Both the position numbers and the translations under genes were made by a program. A DNA stretch of 64,000 nt from a virus. The notes under the pieces are model-generated. The model saw only the letters and a program-made list of their open reading frames with translations, had not been told where the DNA came from and did not search any database. The stretch spans positions 5,628 to 69,627 of IMG/VR virus record IMGVR_UViG_3300000062_000003; one strand, written 5' to 3'. This document shows, piece after piece, positions 25,940 to 36,126 of the stretch; the stretch's first letter is position 1; every line of letters begins with the position of its first letter.

Positions 25940-27907
25940 ATGTTACATCAAGGAGAGCACCGTTATATAGCGGTAAATAATGTAAAAACAACTGGAGATG
26001 CATCAGTACTAGCAGTAGGACAAGCAGGGTTGTTTTTTGAGACTCGACTAGGCGAGAAAGGAAAGAAAGCAGTAGATATTAATACTGACCTAGTATTTCC
26101 AAAAAATGAGAAATTTGTACTAAGAGCTGGTATTCCTGGAGGACTTCCTTATCGTGGTCGACCATTTAAGTCAGCTGCCTCATTTCCGTTTGATAAATCA
26201 CAGATTGTAGAAGTAGGTGTTTCTGCACCACTCGACAATCAACTTACAGTAGATAAATTGGTTATAGGATTTGATGGTTCAGATGACTCTACAGCACCCG
26301 AACTATTTCCTGGAGAGACACGTGCCATTACACTACAACTAACAGGTGACATTCTGTCATTTCTAGGATTTTCAGATGGAATCGCAACATTTAACTACAC
26401 TGTAGCTGCACCAATATGTCCAGCTGATGAGTGTGTTAACTGTGACCCTTGTGCTCCTGTAGATATGCTTCCAATATTTGAAAAACTAATGGAAGAAATC
26501 AAGGATACAAGACTTCCAGGCGGAAATAAACTAGGTGATGTTATCAATGTTTATCTGGTTAAAAAATGCAATACTCTTCCTGGAGTAACTGAAGAGGATG
26601 TAAAAGAGTACATTATGATAGTACCAGATGGTGGTACACATCTTGATGGACAGGCAGTACAAGCAACTACTAATGGTGAGGTAACACGAGTAGGTCGCAC
26701 AGGTGGAATTTCTACTTATTCTGTAAAAGAGTTTCCAACATTTACCCTGACTAAGGAAGATTTAGTTATAAAAGAAGGAGATTTCTTCGCAGAATGTGAC
26801 GAATGTCCAACAGGATATACAGAATCTAACATTGGAGGTGTAGTTTATAATGTATCTTTCCGTCCTTCAGAAACAAATGCTGCTACAGTTATATCTGCAT
26901 TCCCTGGAACTAAGAATGGTAACAGTGTAAAATATGAAGATACTCGTAATGATGTTGGTGTTGTAGCAGTTATAGCTGAAAGTGTAGTAGCTCCAGCTGA
27001 CATTGACACTCTTCTAGCTACAGCTGGTATTATAGATGTATCTATACAAGGAGAAGTAGCTACTGTATGTTTAGCAACAGGTGAGACAAGATTCGAATGG
27101 AAAGAGGTAGATTCAACATGTAAAGTTACTAAGGCACTTTTCTATATTGACTTGCAAGATACGGATTGTGGAGGAGCAAATAGTCGTTTGGAGGAACTAC
27201 AACGTGCATATCCAAACAATAATGTAACTGCACTTGGACAACAAGCTGCTTGTATCTCACGCTACCAAGCTGAAGTATATACTAATGAAGTATGTATCAG
27301 CTGTCAAAATGCATCAGATACTTACAAAGCATCCGCCCCTAGGGACTATCAAGGTGCTGAGTGGAGATGTGTTGAAGGTGTAGCTGCTGTAGGCTGTAGA
27401 GTAGGATTGAAGTTGGAAGGTAAGGTTATGGACTTCTTCCCTAATGAATGCCTTCGTACTATTGTTCCTTATTACCTAGGTTCTGCGCACATTAAAGCAT
27501 CTGCTGGATGGAATCGCACAAATACATTGGCAAATCCAAGTATTGACCTTAAACCTTGGTCAGTTAAACAGTTGCAAGCAGCTAATGAGATTACACATCT
27601 TGGTGCAGGATTTATGCCACTTGTTCGCAAGGATATGGAGTTCTTCTTGGGAGAAAATGAAAGCGATACTTATATTGAACGTTTCTTTAAGGGCGAAGAA
27701 AGTATCTTGGATATGCGTACTCAATATGTTGACTACTGGGTTAAACTAGCGAAAACTAATAGATATGCACATGGTTATAAACACTCTAAAGAAGTTATTT
27801 ATCACTTCATTGTAGAGTTTGGACAACATCAGGAGGTTGAAGACCTTATAAATGCTATCGCCAAACTTGGCGGAGCAGATGCAGTAGCTGCGGATGCATC
27901 TCTATAA
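25940..27907 (+). CDS. Structural protein, probable auxiliary capsid/decoration protein
   Basis: 655 aa, Cys-rich and beta-rich; followed by a hairpin at about 27917-27945. Confidence 0.65.
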   Translation: MLHQGEHRYIAVNNVKTTGDASVLAVGQAGLFFETRLGEKGKKAVDINTDLVFPKNEKFVLRAGIPGGLPYRGRPFKSAASFPFDKSQIVEVGVSAPLDNQLTVDKLVIGFDGSDDSTAPELFPGETRAITLQLTGDILSFLGFSDGIATFNYTVAAPICPADECVNCDPCAPVDMLPIFEKLMEEIKDTRLPGGNKLGDVINVYLVKKCNTLPGVTEEDVKEYIMIVPDGGTHLDGQAVQATTNGEVTRVGRTGGISTYSVKEFPTFTLTKEDLVIKEGDFFAECDECPTGYTESNIGGVVYNVSFRPSETNAATVISAFPGTKNGNSVKYEDTRNDVGVVAVIAESVVAPADIDTLLATAGIIDVSIQGEVATVCLATGETRFEWKEVDSTCKVTKALFYIDLQDTDCGGANSRLEELQRAYPNNNVTALGQQAACISRYQAEVYTNEVCISCQNASDTYKASAPRDYQGAEWRCVEGVAAVGCRVGLKLEGKVMDFFPNECLRTIVPYYLGSAHIKASAGWNRTNTLANPSIDLKPWSVKQLQAANEITHLGAGFMPLVRKDMEFFLGENESDTYIERFFKGEESILDMRTQYVDYWVKLAKTNRYAHGYKHSKEVIYHFIVEFGQHQEVEDLINAIAKLGGADAVAADASL

Positions 27908-27963
27908 CAACAATAACTGTACACCTCTTAAATGGGGTGTACAGTATATTATATTTTTATAAT

Positions 27964-28692
27964 ATGACTAAAAAACTAATTATCATTTCATATGTTGTAT
28001 TGATACTTACTATAATAGGCTTAGTAGTATATTACAATATAGCTTTGGGGGCAAAGGATGACTTAAGCTATCAGTTAAAGAAACAACTTATAGAGGCAGA
28101 TAATGTGAAAAAGTTAGACTCAACAAACTATGTTAAAGTTGTTAATGATTTGAACACTGAGAAAGAGTTATCTAATATATTAAAAAATGAAAATAATGAG
28201 CTTTTTCAAAAAGCTAAGAAATATGAACTTCTTTATTTTGGAAGTTTACAAACACAAAAAGTAATTCAACTAGATACTGTATTGTTGTATGTTGATAAAC
28301 AAACTCAGGCAACCACCCTGACCGATTGGTTCCCAACAATAGACAACCCATTTATAAAATATACAGCAGTAATAGATAGTACAAATGCAAAAACTGAATT
28401 TACAGTATATCCATTTAAGTTGGACTTCTCAATAGTTAATGATACAGAAAATGTACAGAGAGTAATTTTTAACACTCCAACATGGTTACAGGTAGAAGAT
28501 ATCCAAATTTATTCTAAAAGCCAACATACAGCTTTAAAATCAGCCAAATGGTATATAGGAGCTGGGGTTATTCATACTAATAACACTTCTACTATTTTAG
28601 GAACATTGGATTATAGTAAAGATAGGTGGATGTATGGAGTCATGGGAGGTAGTAATCTTATTGGTGGCAGTATAAAATATAATATTTTTTAA
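27964..28692 (+). CDS. Membrane-anchored coiled-coil protein (spanin-like candidate)
   Basis: N-terminal TM (MTKKLIIISYVVLILTIIGLVVYY), coiled coil, beta-rich C-terminus; ATG 27964 preferred over the ORF-track start. Confidence 0.6.
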   Translation: MTKKLIIISYVVLILTIIGLVVYYNIALGAKDDLSYQLKKQLIEADNVKKLDSTNYVKVVNDLNTEKELSNILKNENNELFQKAKKYELLYFGSLQTQKVIQLDTVLLYVDKQTQATTLTDWFPTIDNPFIKYTAVIDSTNAKTEFTVYPFKLDFSIVNDTENVQRVIFNTPTWLQVEDIQIYSKSQHTALKSAKWYIGAGVIHTNNTSTILGTLDYSKDRWMYGVMGGSNLIGGSIKYNIF

Positions 28693-28696
28693 CAGA

Positions 28697-29236
28697 ATGG
28701 CACTTACAGCAATAAACATAGATTTTAATATATTAGATGATACTATTGAACCAAAACAGATTGTGTTAATAGACACTTCTGATTGGGGAGAAATAGAGAA
28801 TAATCCTGCTGTAATAGAGATTGTTCCACCAGGTTACAAAACTCCTGTAGTGAATCCATTTATGAAAAATGAGGTTACAGTAGTAACAGCCAAGTCATTA
28901 GGATTACAGAAAGAAACCTGTAGATATGATGTAGATTTACCAGATGGAGTTTATCAAATAACAGTTAAAGGCTCTCCCGATACTTTTTATAGAGAGAAAT
29001 TTTTTCTTAAAACAGACCAATTACGTTTAGAGTTTGATAAGTTACTGGTATCTATGTTAGATGGATGTAACAATATGAGTGCTGCTAATCAGGAAATGTT
29101 TGTTAAGATTTATTTTATGTTGTTGGCAGCAAGAGCACATATTAGGCTAGGAAACTGGTGTAAAGCACATGAGATATATTTAGAAGCAGAAAAATTACTA
29201 AAAAATATGAATTGTCATGGGGTGTTGCGGAAATAG
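28697..29236 (+). CDS. Tail hub-like structural protein
   Basis: LIDTSDW..NP.VIEIVPPG and LPDGVYQI motifs; position before the fibre genes. Confidence 0.6.
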   Translation: MALTAINIDFNILDDTIEPKQIVLIDTSDWGEIENNPAVIEIVPPGYKTPVVNPFMKNEVTVVTAKSLGLQKETCRYDVDLPDGVYQITVKGSPDTFYREKFFLKTDQLRLEFDKLLVSMLDGCNNMSAANQEMFVKIYFMLLAARAHIRLGNWCKAHEIYLEAEKLLKNMNCHGVLRK

Positions 29237-29525
29237 AAATAAAATAACTAGGAACTATTATCAAGAAAAGTTTACTAGTCCTACAGAGAAGAAAGGTAGT
29301 AAAGCAGTTAAGAAAGGAGCACAGCGAGACTGTCCTGTGACCTACGAAATGCTACTTCAACTATTTAATAAACTAGCACATTCTGACTCTCCCAAAGAAG
29401 AGAAAGAACAAATAAGGTATCAAATAGCTAAGTGGATAGACACTATATACAAAGAGTGTCCAGACGAAATGAAATACAACCAAATACTGATTAAGATAGA
29501 TGGCACAGACACTAGTCAGGATTAA
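29217..29525 (+). CDS. Small structural protein (MGCCG N-terminus)
   Basis: 102 aa, overlapping neighbours. Confidence 0.65.
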   Translation: MGCCGNRNKITRNYYQEKFTSPTEKKGSKAVKKGAQRDCPVTYEMLLQLFNKLAHSDSPKEEKEQIRYQIAKWIDTIYKECPDEMKYNQILIKIDGTDTSQD

Positions 29526-29748
29526 TGATAACAACTTACGATACATGATAGATTTACGGTTTGAAAGTTTAGCTGACAGATTTGTAAATCACAATAAATT
29601 TTATATTGGTGACATGATATCGGGATTTGACATGCTAACTACTATAGTTATGCAGGAAGTTATCTGTTTGACTGATTATACAAAGTGTGAGGAATGTACT
29701 ATATCTAATCAATTAAATATGTATAAAGGAAATGAGATGCGACTCTAG
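29500..29748 (+). CDS. Small structural/hypothetical protein
   Basis: 82 aa in operon. Confidence 0.6.
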   Translation: MAQTLVRINDNNLRYMIDLRFESLADRFVNHNKFYIGDMISGFDMLTTIVMQEVICLTDYTKCEECTISNQLNMYKGNEMRL

Positions 29749-29852
29749 AGGTTGCATTCCTCTTTAATATATAAAACATAGGTATTTGTACACATAAAGT
29801 TGGTTTAGTAACTTTGTAGTATATTTATTAAAAATAATAAACATATCAAAAT

Positions 29853-30278
29853 ATGTCATGTGATTATAGAATACCAGAGTGTAACTGCGGGTCAAGAGTA
29901 AATGCAGTTTGTGTGGACTACGAAGGTAATATACCAGAATGTTCAGATATAGCAGGTACTAGCCAGCGAATACATGCACAAATGGTATTAGAAGACCTGT
30001 ATACTCTAGCATGTGATTTGAAAAACGAACTGGATGTATCTGACATACAGCTTGCTTGTCTAGAACATGATGGCACCCTAAAGGATTTGTTGGTACAAAT
30101 TGGAGAAACTTTGTGTTCAATATCTTGTTCTTTAGGATGTGATGATGAGTTTTCTAATTGTCAGTTGAACTATGGTACCCTTATTGATAAGTGTGGTGCA
30201 CCAGTAGTTATAGTTAATCAGTGTGAGTTTAATCAGTTTGTATTAGATAAACTAAATGAGATAATCGACAATGCCTAA
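29853..30278 (+). CDS. Cys-rich tail fibre subunit
   Basis: C.C...AVCVDYEG motif shared with 30534; TAACTTTG at 29809-29816. Confidence 0.7.
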   Translation: MSCDYRIPECNCGSRVNAVCVDYEGNIPECSDIAGTSQRIHAQMVLEDLYTLACDLKNELDVSDIQLACLEHDGTLKDLLVQIGETLCSISCSLGCDDEFSNCQLNYGTLIDKCGAPVVIVNQCEFNQFVLDKLNEIIDNA

Positions 30279-30522
30279 TCCAGTTAGAAAAGTCAGAAAA
30301 TTAGGGGTTGACAATACTAGAAGTATCTGCGCTGCCCCAATGCTATCTAGGTGTATTGTAATGGAGAAACCAGAGCACTCTGACTCTGAGATTGTTATTG
30401 TAAATGGAGAAACACTAAATGATACCTTAGAAAGAATGTGGTCAGAGGTACTCTCTATGAGAAAGCAGTTAAAAGCAGCACAAGCAGAGATAAAAAATTT
30501 AAAAGCATTAAATAACAAATAA
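30271..30522 (+). CDS. Small tail fibre-associated protein
   Basis: 83 aa with C-terminal coiled coil. Confidence 0.65.
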   Translation: MPNPVRKVRKLGVDNTRSICAAPMLSRCIVMEKPEHSDSEIVIVNGETLNDTLERMWSEVLSMRKQLKAAQAEIKNLKALNNK

Positions 30523-30533
30523 AATATACAAAA

Positions 30534-31430
30534 ATGGCAAGAAATAACTGTAGTTGTGGAGGAAGCTCAGGATGTGCGCACTATAACACCTCTGGATGTG
30601 AGGTGACTGTAGCAACTGAATGTGTATTCTACCAAGGAAATAGACCTCTCGACAAAATTGGAGGTACCTATGGTGAGAGACTGGAGACATTGTTGGTCAA
30701 TATAAATAGTCTCTTTGGGTCTGTTTTGGAGCAGATTCAGGATGGATTTATTGGACAGAATGTAGGGGGTGGAATTGAGATATATAAGGGGCTAAACTCA
30801 GATGATATTGGAGAGATTAGGACTTTGAGAAGTACGGAAAGCATTGTAGTAACTAATGATGCTGATACTATTTCATTTGCTGTAAGAACTTCTTGGATAG
30901 AGTCTCTCTTAAACCCAATTAATTCTGACATTGATGATATCAAAAATCAACTGGTTGATATAAATTCTAAGTTAGTATTGTATGACCAACTAATTTCAGA
31001 TATCCAAATAAAAAATATAGCACAAGATGCAGATATTCAAGACCTTAAACAGAAATACCTGAATCTACAACAGGATGTTACTAACCTTCATTCTGAGGTA
31101 AATGTTATTCACCAGGAAATTTTAGATATCAAGTCTGATGTATCACAACTTCAATCTGATGTTAACAGTTTGATGCAAGAAGTCTCAGATATAAAGATTA
31201 AATTAGGTGGACTTACTAAAACATTGTCTGAGGAGTTTGTTGGACAAAATATTGTGGCTACTTCAAATACTATAGATAGTATTGTTGGTGTATATTTCCA
31301 AGGACTAAAACTGGATGCATCTAAATATACTTTCCAAGCACCAAATCAGATTGCACTTCAGTTAGCTTCTTCTGGAATATTAGTAGAGGCAGGTGATGTT
31401 GTTCAAGTTGTATATAATGTAAAACTATAA
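30534..31430 (+). CDS. Tail fibre protein with coiled coil
   Basis: Cys-rich N-terminus (ECVFYQG), NVGGGIEIYKG repeat, long heptad region. Confidence 0.75.
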   Translation: MARNNCSCGGSSGCAHYNTSGCEVTVATECVFYQGNRPLDKIGGTYGERLETLLVNINSLFGSVLEQIQDGFIGQNVGGGIEIYKGLNSDDIGEIRTLRSTESIVVTNDADTISFAVRTSWIESLLNPINSDIDDIKNQLVDINSKLVLYDQLISDIQIKNIAQDADIQDLKQKYLNLQQDVTNLHSEVNVIHQEILDIKSDVSQLQSDVNSLMQEVSDIKIKLGGLTKTLSEEFVGQNIVATSNTIDSIVGVYFQGLKLDASKYTFQAPNQIALQLASSGILVEAGDVVQVVYNVKL

Positions 31431-31442
31431 GAAAGTAAAAAT

Positions 31443-33722
31443 ATGGCAGGAATTTTAAGAGGTGCAGTTTTACTAGATAGGTCAGTTGCTGGTATTAAGT
31501 TAATGGATGGTACAGTAGGTACAGTACAACTTATGAATGCATCAGTTACTATGGCGAAACTAGCACAAGATGTAATTGATTATATAGATAATATAGGCAC
31601 TATAACTGTAGAGGATACACTTACCTCTACATCAACTGTGAATGCATTATCAGCAAATCAGGGAAGGGCTTTAAAAGCATTAATAGACTCTATTGCAATA
31701 CCTAGTGTATTAGATAGTTTAACATCAACTTCAACTACAGCAGCTTTGTCAGCAAATCAAGGACGAGTACTTAAAGGACAAGTTGACGGAAAACAAGCAA
31801 CACTAGTCTCTGGTACAAATATCAAGACTATTAATAACACAACTATACTAGGCTCAGGAAATATTGCAGTACAACCCGTATTAGTATCAGGTACTAGTAT
31901 AAAGACAATTAATGGGGAGTCAGTGTTAGGCGCAGGAGATATAGTCATTTCAGGAGGCTCTACCACAACAGTCCTAGACACCCTGACCTCTTCTTCCGCC
32001 ACCGATGCTCTTTCTGCTAACCAAGGTAGGGTTTTAAAGGCTCTTATAGATGCAATAACTGTACCTAGTGTAATAGATAATCTTACTTCTACTTCCACAA
32101 CTAATGCATTATCGGCTAATCAAGGTCGTGCACTAAAAACATTAGTGGATGGTAAACAAGCAACTTTAGTTAGTGGCACTAATATTAAGACAATTGCTGG
32201 CAATACTATTTTAGGAACAGGTGACTTGTCATTAGTATCATTGGGGGCAGCTCCAGCAAGTCATAGCCATGCTAATTTGGCAGTACAGGTGCAGGGAGTA
32301 ACTAGAGGTAATTATGATACAAGTTCTGCACAAACCATCAACATCACCCGTGACCAACTAAATGTATTTTCTAAGTCAGAGGTAATAACTGAAATAGAGA
32401 CTAGGGTAGTTGAGAATCCAAATATGATGCTTGTACCAGTAGAGGCAATAACATCTGTAACACCTACAGGAATCACGTTTTCTATGGTAGGAAACAGAGA
32501 TGTTTATGCAGAGATGGATATTGTTAACAATAAAAAACTTGAAGAGGTTTCTGCAAGTAGAGCAATAGCATGTGGTACACAGTGTAGATTATTTATCCGC
32601 AACTCAGGAACATCTGAATGTATAGTGGATATCTCTGATGTACAACCACGAAATAAATCTTTTCAAGATGATATAACAATACCTGTAGGTGGATTTGCTG
32701 AAGTAATTATTATGGGATATGGTCTTAATAGGGTAACAACAACCCTGACCACTGAAATACCAGCACCCCCAGAAACAACAACATATCATATAAGTGTAGA
32801 CCCACAACAAGATAATATAACATATGAAGCACAACCAGTACAGTTTGATGTAACATCATATTCTCTAACAGGCGGAGTACGTACTCCTGTACTTCCAACA
32901 ATTACTAACTTACCAACTTGGGCAAGCATAACTAATATTGGAGCACCATCTGCACAAGGAGTGTACCCAGTAGAAATAGCGGTAACTGCTTCAACAGAGG
33001 AATATACTAGAGTAGCTAATCTTATTATAGATAATGGACATGTGACTGGTGCCTTCTCACTAAGTCAAGCAGGAGCACCTGTAACTACATATCACCTATC
33101 ATTCGACCCTTCAGCAGCTGCTGTAGGAGATTTTCTTACAACAGCAACTGTAGATGTCACTTCTTATTCAGAGTTAAATGGAGTACGTACACCACTAGAA
33201 CCTATTGTACAAACAGCAACACTACCAAGTTGGTTAGCATCAACAGGTCTTACATATGTGTCAGGTGAGACTTACCAATGGACATTTGAATCACAACAGA
33301 ATAATTTGACAGGTTCTATAAGAAATGCAAATGTAGGTATAGGACACCAGAGTATATATGGAGTACACACTACATATAATGTATTACAGCCACCAACATC
33401 AGGAGACCTCTTTGATAGACATATTACATTTAATTTCTATGTTACACATCCTGAACAGGCACCAGTTTATTTGTTTAAAAATGAACCTACCTTATCTCCT
33501 GACCAATATTTAACCACTATGATGGTACCCCCTGTAGGAACTCCTGTAGTTCTGTTTTGGAATAGTAGTGAAGGATTTAGAATAAATAGCGGAGGTAGTT
33601 CTACATTTACAGAGCTGGTACAACCAGACACTCTAATTTTGCCATACATACTAGAAAATAATTCATTTGTACAAATGCCTATATTTGTTTTGGAGAACAA
33701 TTCACAGATAGTACAGATATAA
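31443..33722 (+). CDS. Tail fibre/receptor-binding protein with LSANQGR repeats and BACON-like domains
   Basis: 4x D.LTS.S...ALSANQGR, 3x LVSGT.IKTI, two Ig-like BACON-type units near the C-terminus. Confidence 0.8.
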   Translation: MAGILRGAVLLDRSVAGIKLMDGTVGTVQLMNASVTMAKLAQDVIDYIDNIGTITVEDTLTSTSTVNALSANQGRALKALIDSIAIPSVLDSLTSTSTTAALSANQGRVLKGQVDGKQATLVSGTNIKTINNTTILGSGNIAVQPVLVSGTSIKTINGESVLGAGDIVISGGSTTTVLDTLTSSSATDALSANQGRVLKALIDAITVPSVIDNLTSTSTTNALSANQGRALKTLVDGKQATLVSGTNIKTIAGNTILGTGDLSLVSLGAAPASHSHANLAVQVQGVTRGNYDTSSAQTINITRDQLNVFSKSEVITEIETRVVENPNMMLVPVEAITSVTPTGITFSMVGNRDVYAEMDIVNNKKLEEVSASRAIACGTQCRLFIRNSGTSECIVDISDVQPRNKSFQDDITIPVGGFAEVIIMGYGLNRVTTTLTTEIPAPPETTTYHISVDPQQDNITYEAQPVQFDVTSYSLTGGVRTPVLPTITNLPTWASITNIGAPSAQGVYPVEIAVTASTEEYTRVANLIIDNGHVTGAFSLSQAGAPVTTYHLSFDPSAAAVGDFLTTATVDVTSYSELNGVRTPLEPIVQTATLPSWLASTGLTYVSGETYQWTFESQQNNLTGSIRNANVGIGHQSIYGVHTTYNVLQPPTSGDLFDRHITFNFYVTHPEQAPVYLFKNEPTLSPDQYLTTMMVPPVGTPVVLFWNSSEGFRINSGGSSTFTELVQPDTLILPYILENNSFVQMPIFVLENNSQIVQI

Positions 33723-33738
33723 GTTAATGATATGTAAA

Positions 33739-33779
33739 TGACCTGGTAGTTAGATTGTAGTATCAGGTCGTTTTTTTTC
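33739..33779 (+). terminator. Intrinsic terminator after the fibre gene
   Basis: GACCTGGTA/TATCAGGTC stem plus T-run. Confidence 0.75.
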
Positions 33780-33812
33780 TAATTGATAAATATCCCCCCC
33801 CCTAGTAATTAT

Positions 33813-34436
33813 ATGAAATATATTATAACACCACAAAGACATTATTTAAGAAAAATTATTAACTGCCAACGTGGTGGGCTTCTTACTTTGGCAGCTATAC
33901 TGAGTACTTTTATACTAACTGGATGTACTAGTATAGTGGGAATGTCTTCGGAAACATTTATAGGAGGAGTACCAACTAAAGATGTAATGATGCCTGTTGT
34001 AATAGAGATATTTGGGGTTATCTTTTATCTTTTATTCTTAGTAGTAGATTTTGGTACTGGAGTATGGGCTGCTAAAAAGGCATCCTCAAGACGAAAGTCG
34101 AAAGATAGCGTTATTAGAGCAGATAAGCTGTATAGGACTTTCTGGAAGTTACTAGGAGTACTTCTTCTAACAGGGCTTATAGGTACATTAGGAGTATTTG
34201 CATCAGTAATTTACCATCAATGGGCATATAAGACCTTAATGTGGGTACAAATAGTTATTTTAGTAGCAGCATGTCTGTATGAATTTCAGAGCATAGGAGA
34301 GAACATAAAAAAAGCTACAGGAACTAAGCCAGCTATTTTTGACTTTATAGGAGTTCTTTTTACTATTTTTAGAAGACGAGTTGTGGATAAAGTAGCAGGT
34401 GCAAGTTCTACTGAGGAAGAGAATAAGTTAGTTTAA
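33813..34436 (+). CDS. Holin (phage holin family 4-like)
   Basis: Multiple TMs; VDFGTGVWAAKK, FWKL and YEFQSIGEN motifs. ATG 33813 used; TTG 33783 is an alternative start. Confidence 0.8.
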   Translation: MKYIITPQRHYLRKIINCQRGGLLTLAAILSTFILTGCTSIVGMSSETFIGGVPTKDVMMPVVIEIFGVIFYLLFLVVDFGTGVWAAKKASSRRKSKDSVIRADKLYRTFWKLLGVLLLTGLIGTLGVFASVIYHQWAYKTLMWVQIVILVAACLYEFQSIGENIKKATGTKPAIFDFIGVLFTIFRRRVVDKVAGASSTEEENKLV

Positions 34437-34467
34437 GTATTGATATTTTAAAGATATAATGATAATT

Positions 34468-34500
34468 AAAGTAGATGGAATATTTCGTCTACTTTTTTTG
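34468..34500 (+). terminator. Intrinsic terminator after holin
   Basis: AAAGTAGATG/CGTCTACTTT stem plus T-run. Confidence 0.75.
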
Positions 34501-34519
34501 ATTTTTTAAATATAGAAAT

Positions 34520-36124
34520 TTGATAATCAATGGTAAAAAGTGTATCTTTGTTGATTATCAAAATGATACTACATATATGACTACTGAAGTAAAAGAGTAT
34601 ATATTAAGTAATTACAAACAAGCTAGTAGTGTTAGTGAATTATCCAGAAATATAATAGACAAGTTTAAAATAACTTTTAAAAGAGAGGATTCTGTTAGAA
34701 GGTGGGTATCTTCGTTTTTAGCAAGGGAGTTACATAATAATGTTACACCTACTACAGATAAAACAACAGATATTAAACCCCTACAACTTAATGAGAGTAA
34801 GTATTACATCTTAACATGGGAGCAGAATAACAGCAAATTACACAAACAATTGTGGGAGAATATACTAGCATATAAGGAGTTTTTAAATGCAGAATTAGCA
34901 GTTATATTAGGTGTTTACCACAAACCCGACCCTAGAAATGGGTCTGTATATTATAATAAGGAAACCAATCCTTACTGGGATTTTACAAGACATGATATCC
35001 ATAAATATGTAAATATTCTTTCGGATGTTAATGTATCTCCTACAGCAGAGTACCCACTTAGAGGTCTGGAGGGTATCAGTAGAGATAAAACATCTATTAT
35101 AGGACATCCTAAACGTCATTTTCAATGTTTACCCACATTAGAAGGCACACCTCACAAAGCGTTATTTACAACTATGTCAATAACTTTGCCAAATTATATA
35201 CATTCTAAGTTAGGTAAGAAAGCAGAATTTGTTCATAAGAATGGATTTGTTATAGTTGAAATTCGCAATGAAGATGTGTTTCATATAAGGCAAGTAGAAG
35301 CAGAAATAAATGGTTCATTCATAGATTTAATACATGAAGTAAGCAATGGGGAGGTAAAAATAAATGACTATGCTGCTGCTATTGTTTGGGGAGATATTCA
35401 TGTAGGTAGTACAGATACACATGTTAAGATGGAAACTGATAGGTTAGTTAACAGACTTAATATTCCTATATCAATATTTCATGACCTTGCAGATGGTGAA
35501 TCTGTAAATAATCATATAGTAAACGACCCAATACAGCAGATTAAGAGGTTAGATAAATTTCAAGATGATGTATTTGAGGAGATTAATCAAATAACAAAGT
35601 TTATAAAGGAAGTTCCTACTTCACAAAATATTATTGTCAACTCCAATCACGACAACCGATTCGACAGATGGATAAAAGATATAGATTGGAAAAAGGATAT
35701 AAAAAATGCCAGAGCCTACCTATGGTTAGCAGACATAGCTTTAAATGCTCAAAATGACAAGGGTATTTTAGCAAATATATTGGATAATAACCCAGATATA
35801 AACACAAAAGTAACAACACTAGGTCTTAATGATTCATATAGAATAGGTGGGTTTGAATTAGGAATGCATGGACATATTGGACAGGGGGGGACAAGAGGTT
35901 CTTTAACCCAGTTTGCAAAATTAAATACACCAACTATAACAGGCCACAGCCATTCTCCAGGGGTAATAAATGATAGTTATTCAGTAGGAACTTCAACATA
36001 CTTGCGACTTGGATATAATGTAGGAGCATCTAATTGGGCGCAAGCACACTGTTTGTTACATAAGAATAATACAGTACAACATATAATGTTTACTAGAGGA
36101 CATTATACAACTTTTGATATTTAA
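34520..36124 (+). CDS. Calcineurin-like metallophosphoesterase with N-terminal HTH-like region
   Basis: GDIH, HDLADG, SNHD, MHGH and GHSH metal-binding motifs. Confidence 0.85.
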   Translation: MIINGKKCIFVDYQNDTTYMTTEVKEYILSNYKQASSVSELSRNIIDKFKITFKREDSVRRWVSSFLARELHNNVTPTTDKTTDIKPLQLNESKYYILTWEQNNSKLHKQLWENILAYKEFLNAELAVILGVYHKPDPRNGSVYYNKETNPYWDFTRHDIHKYVNILSDVNVSPTAEYPLRGLEGISRDKTSIIGHPKRHFQCLPTLEGTPHKALFTTMSITLPNYIHSKLGKKAEFVHKNGFVIVEIRNEDVFHIRQVEAEINGSFIDLIHEVSNGEVKINDYAAAIVWGDIHVGSTDTHVKMETDRLVNRLNIPISIFHDLADGESVNNHIVNDPIQQIKRLDKFQDDVFEEINQITKFIKEVPTSQNIIVNSNHDNRFDRWIKDIDWKKDIKNARAYLWLADIALNAQNDKGILANILDNNPDINTKVTTLGLNDSYRIGGFELGMHGHIGQGGTRGSLTQFAKLNTPTITGHSHSPGVINDSYSVGTSTYLRLGYNVGASNWAQAHCLLHKNNTVQHIMFTRGHYTTFDI

Positions 36125-36126
36125 TA

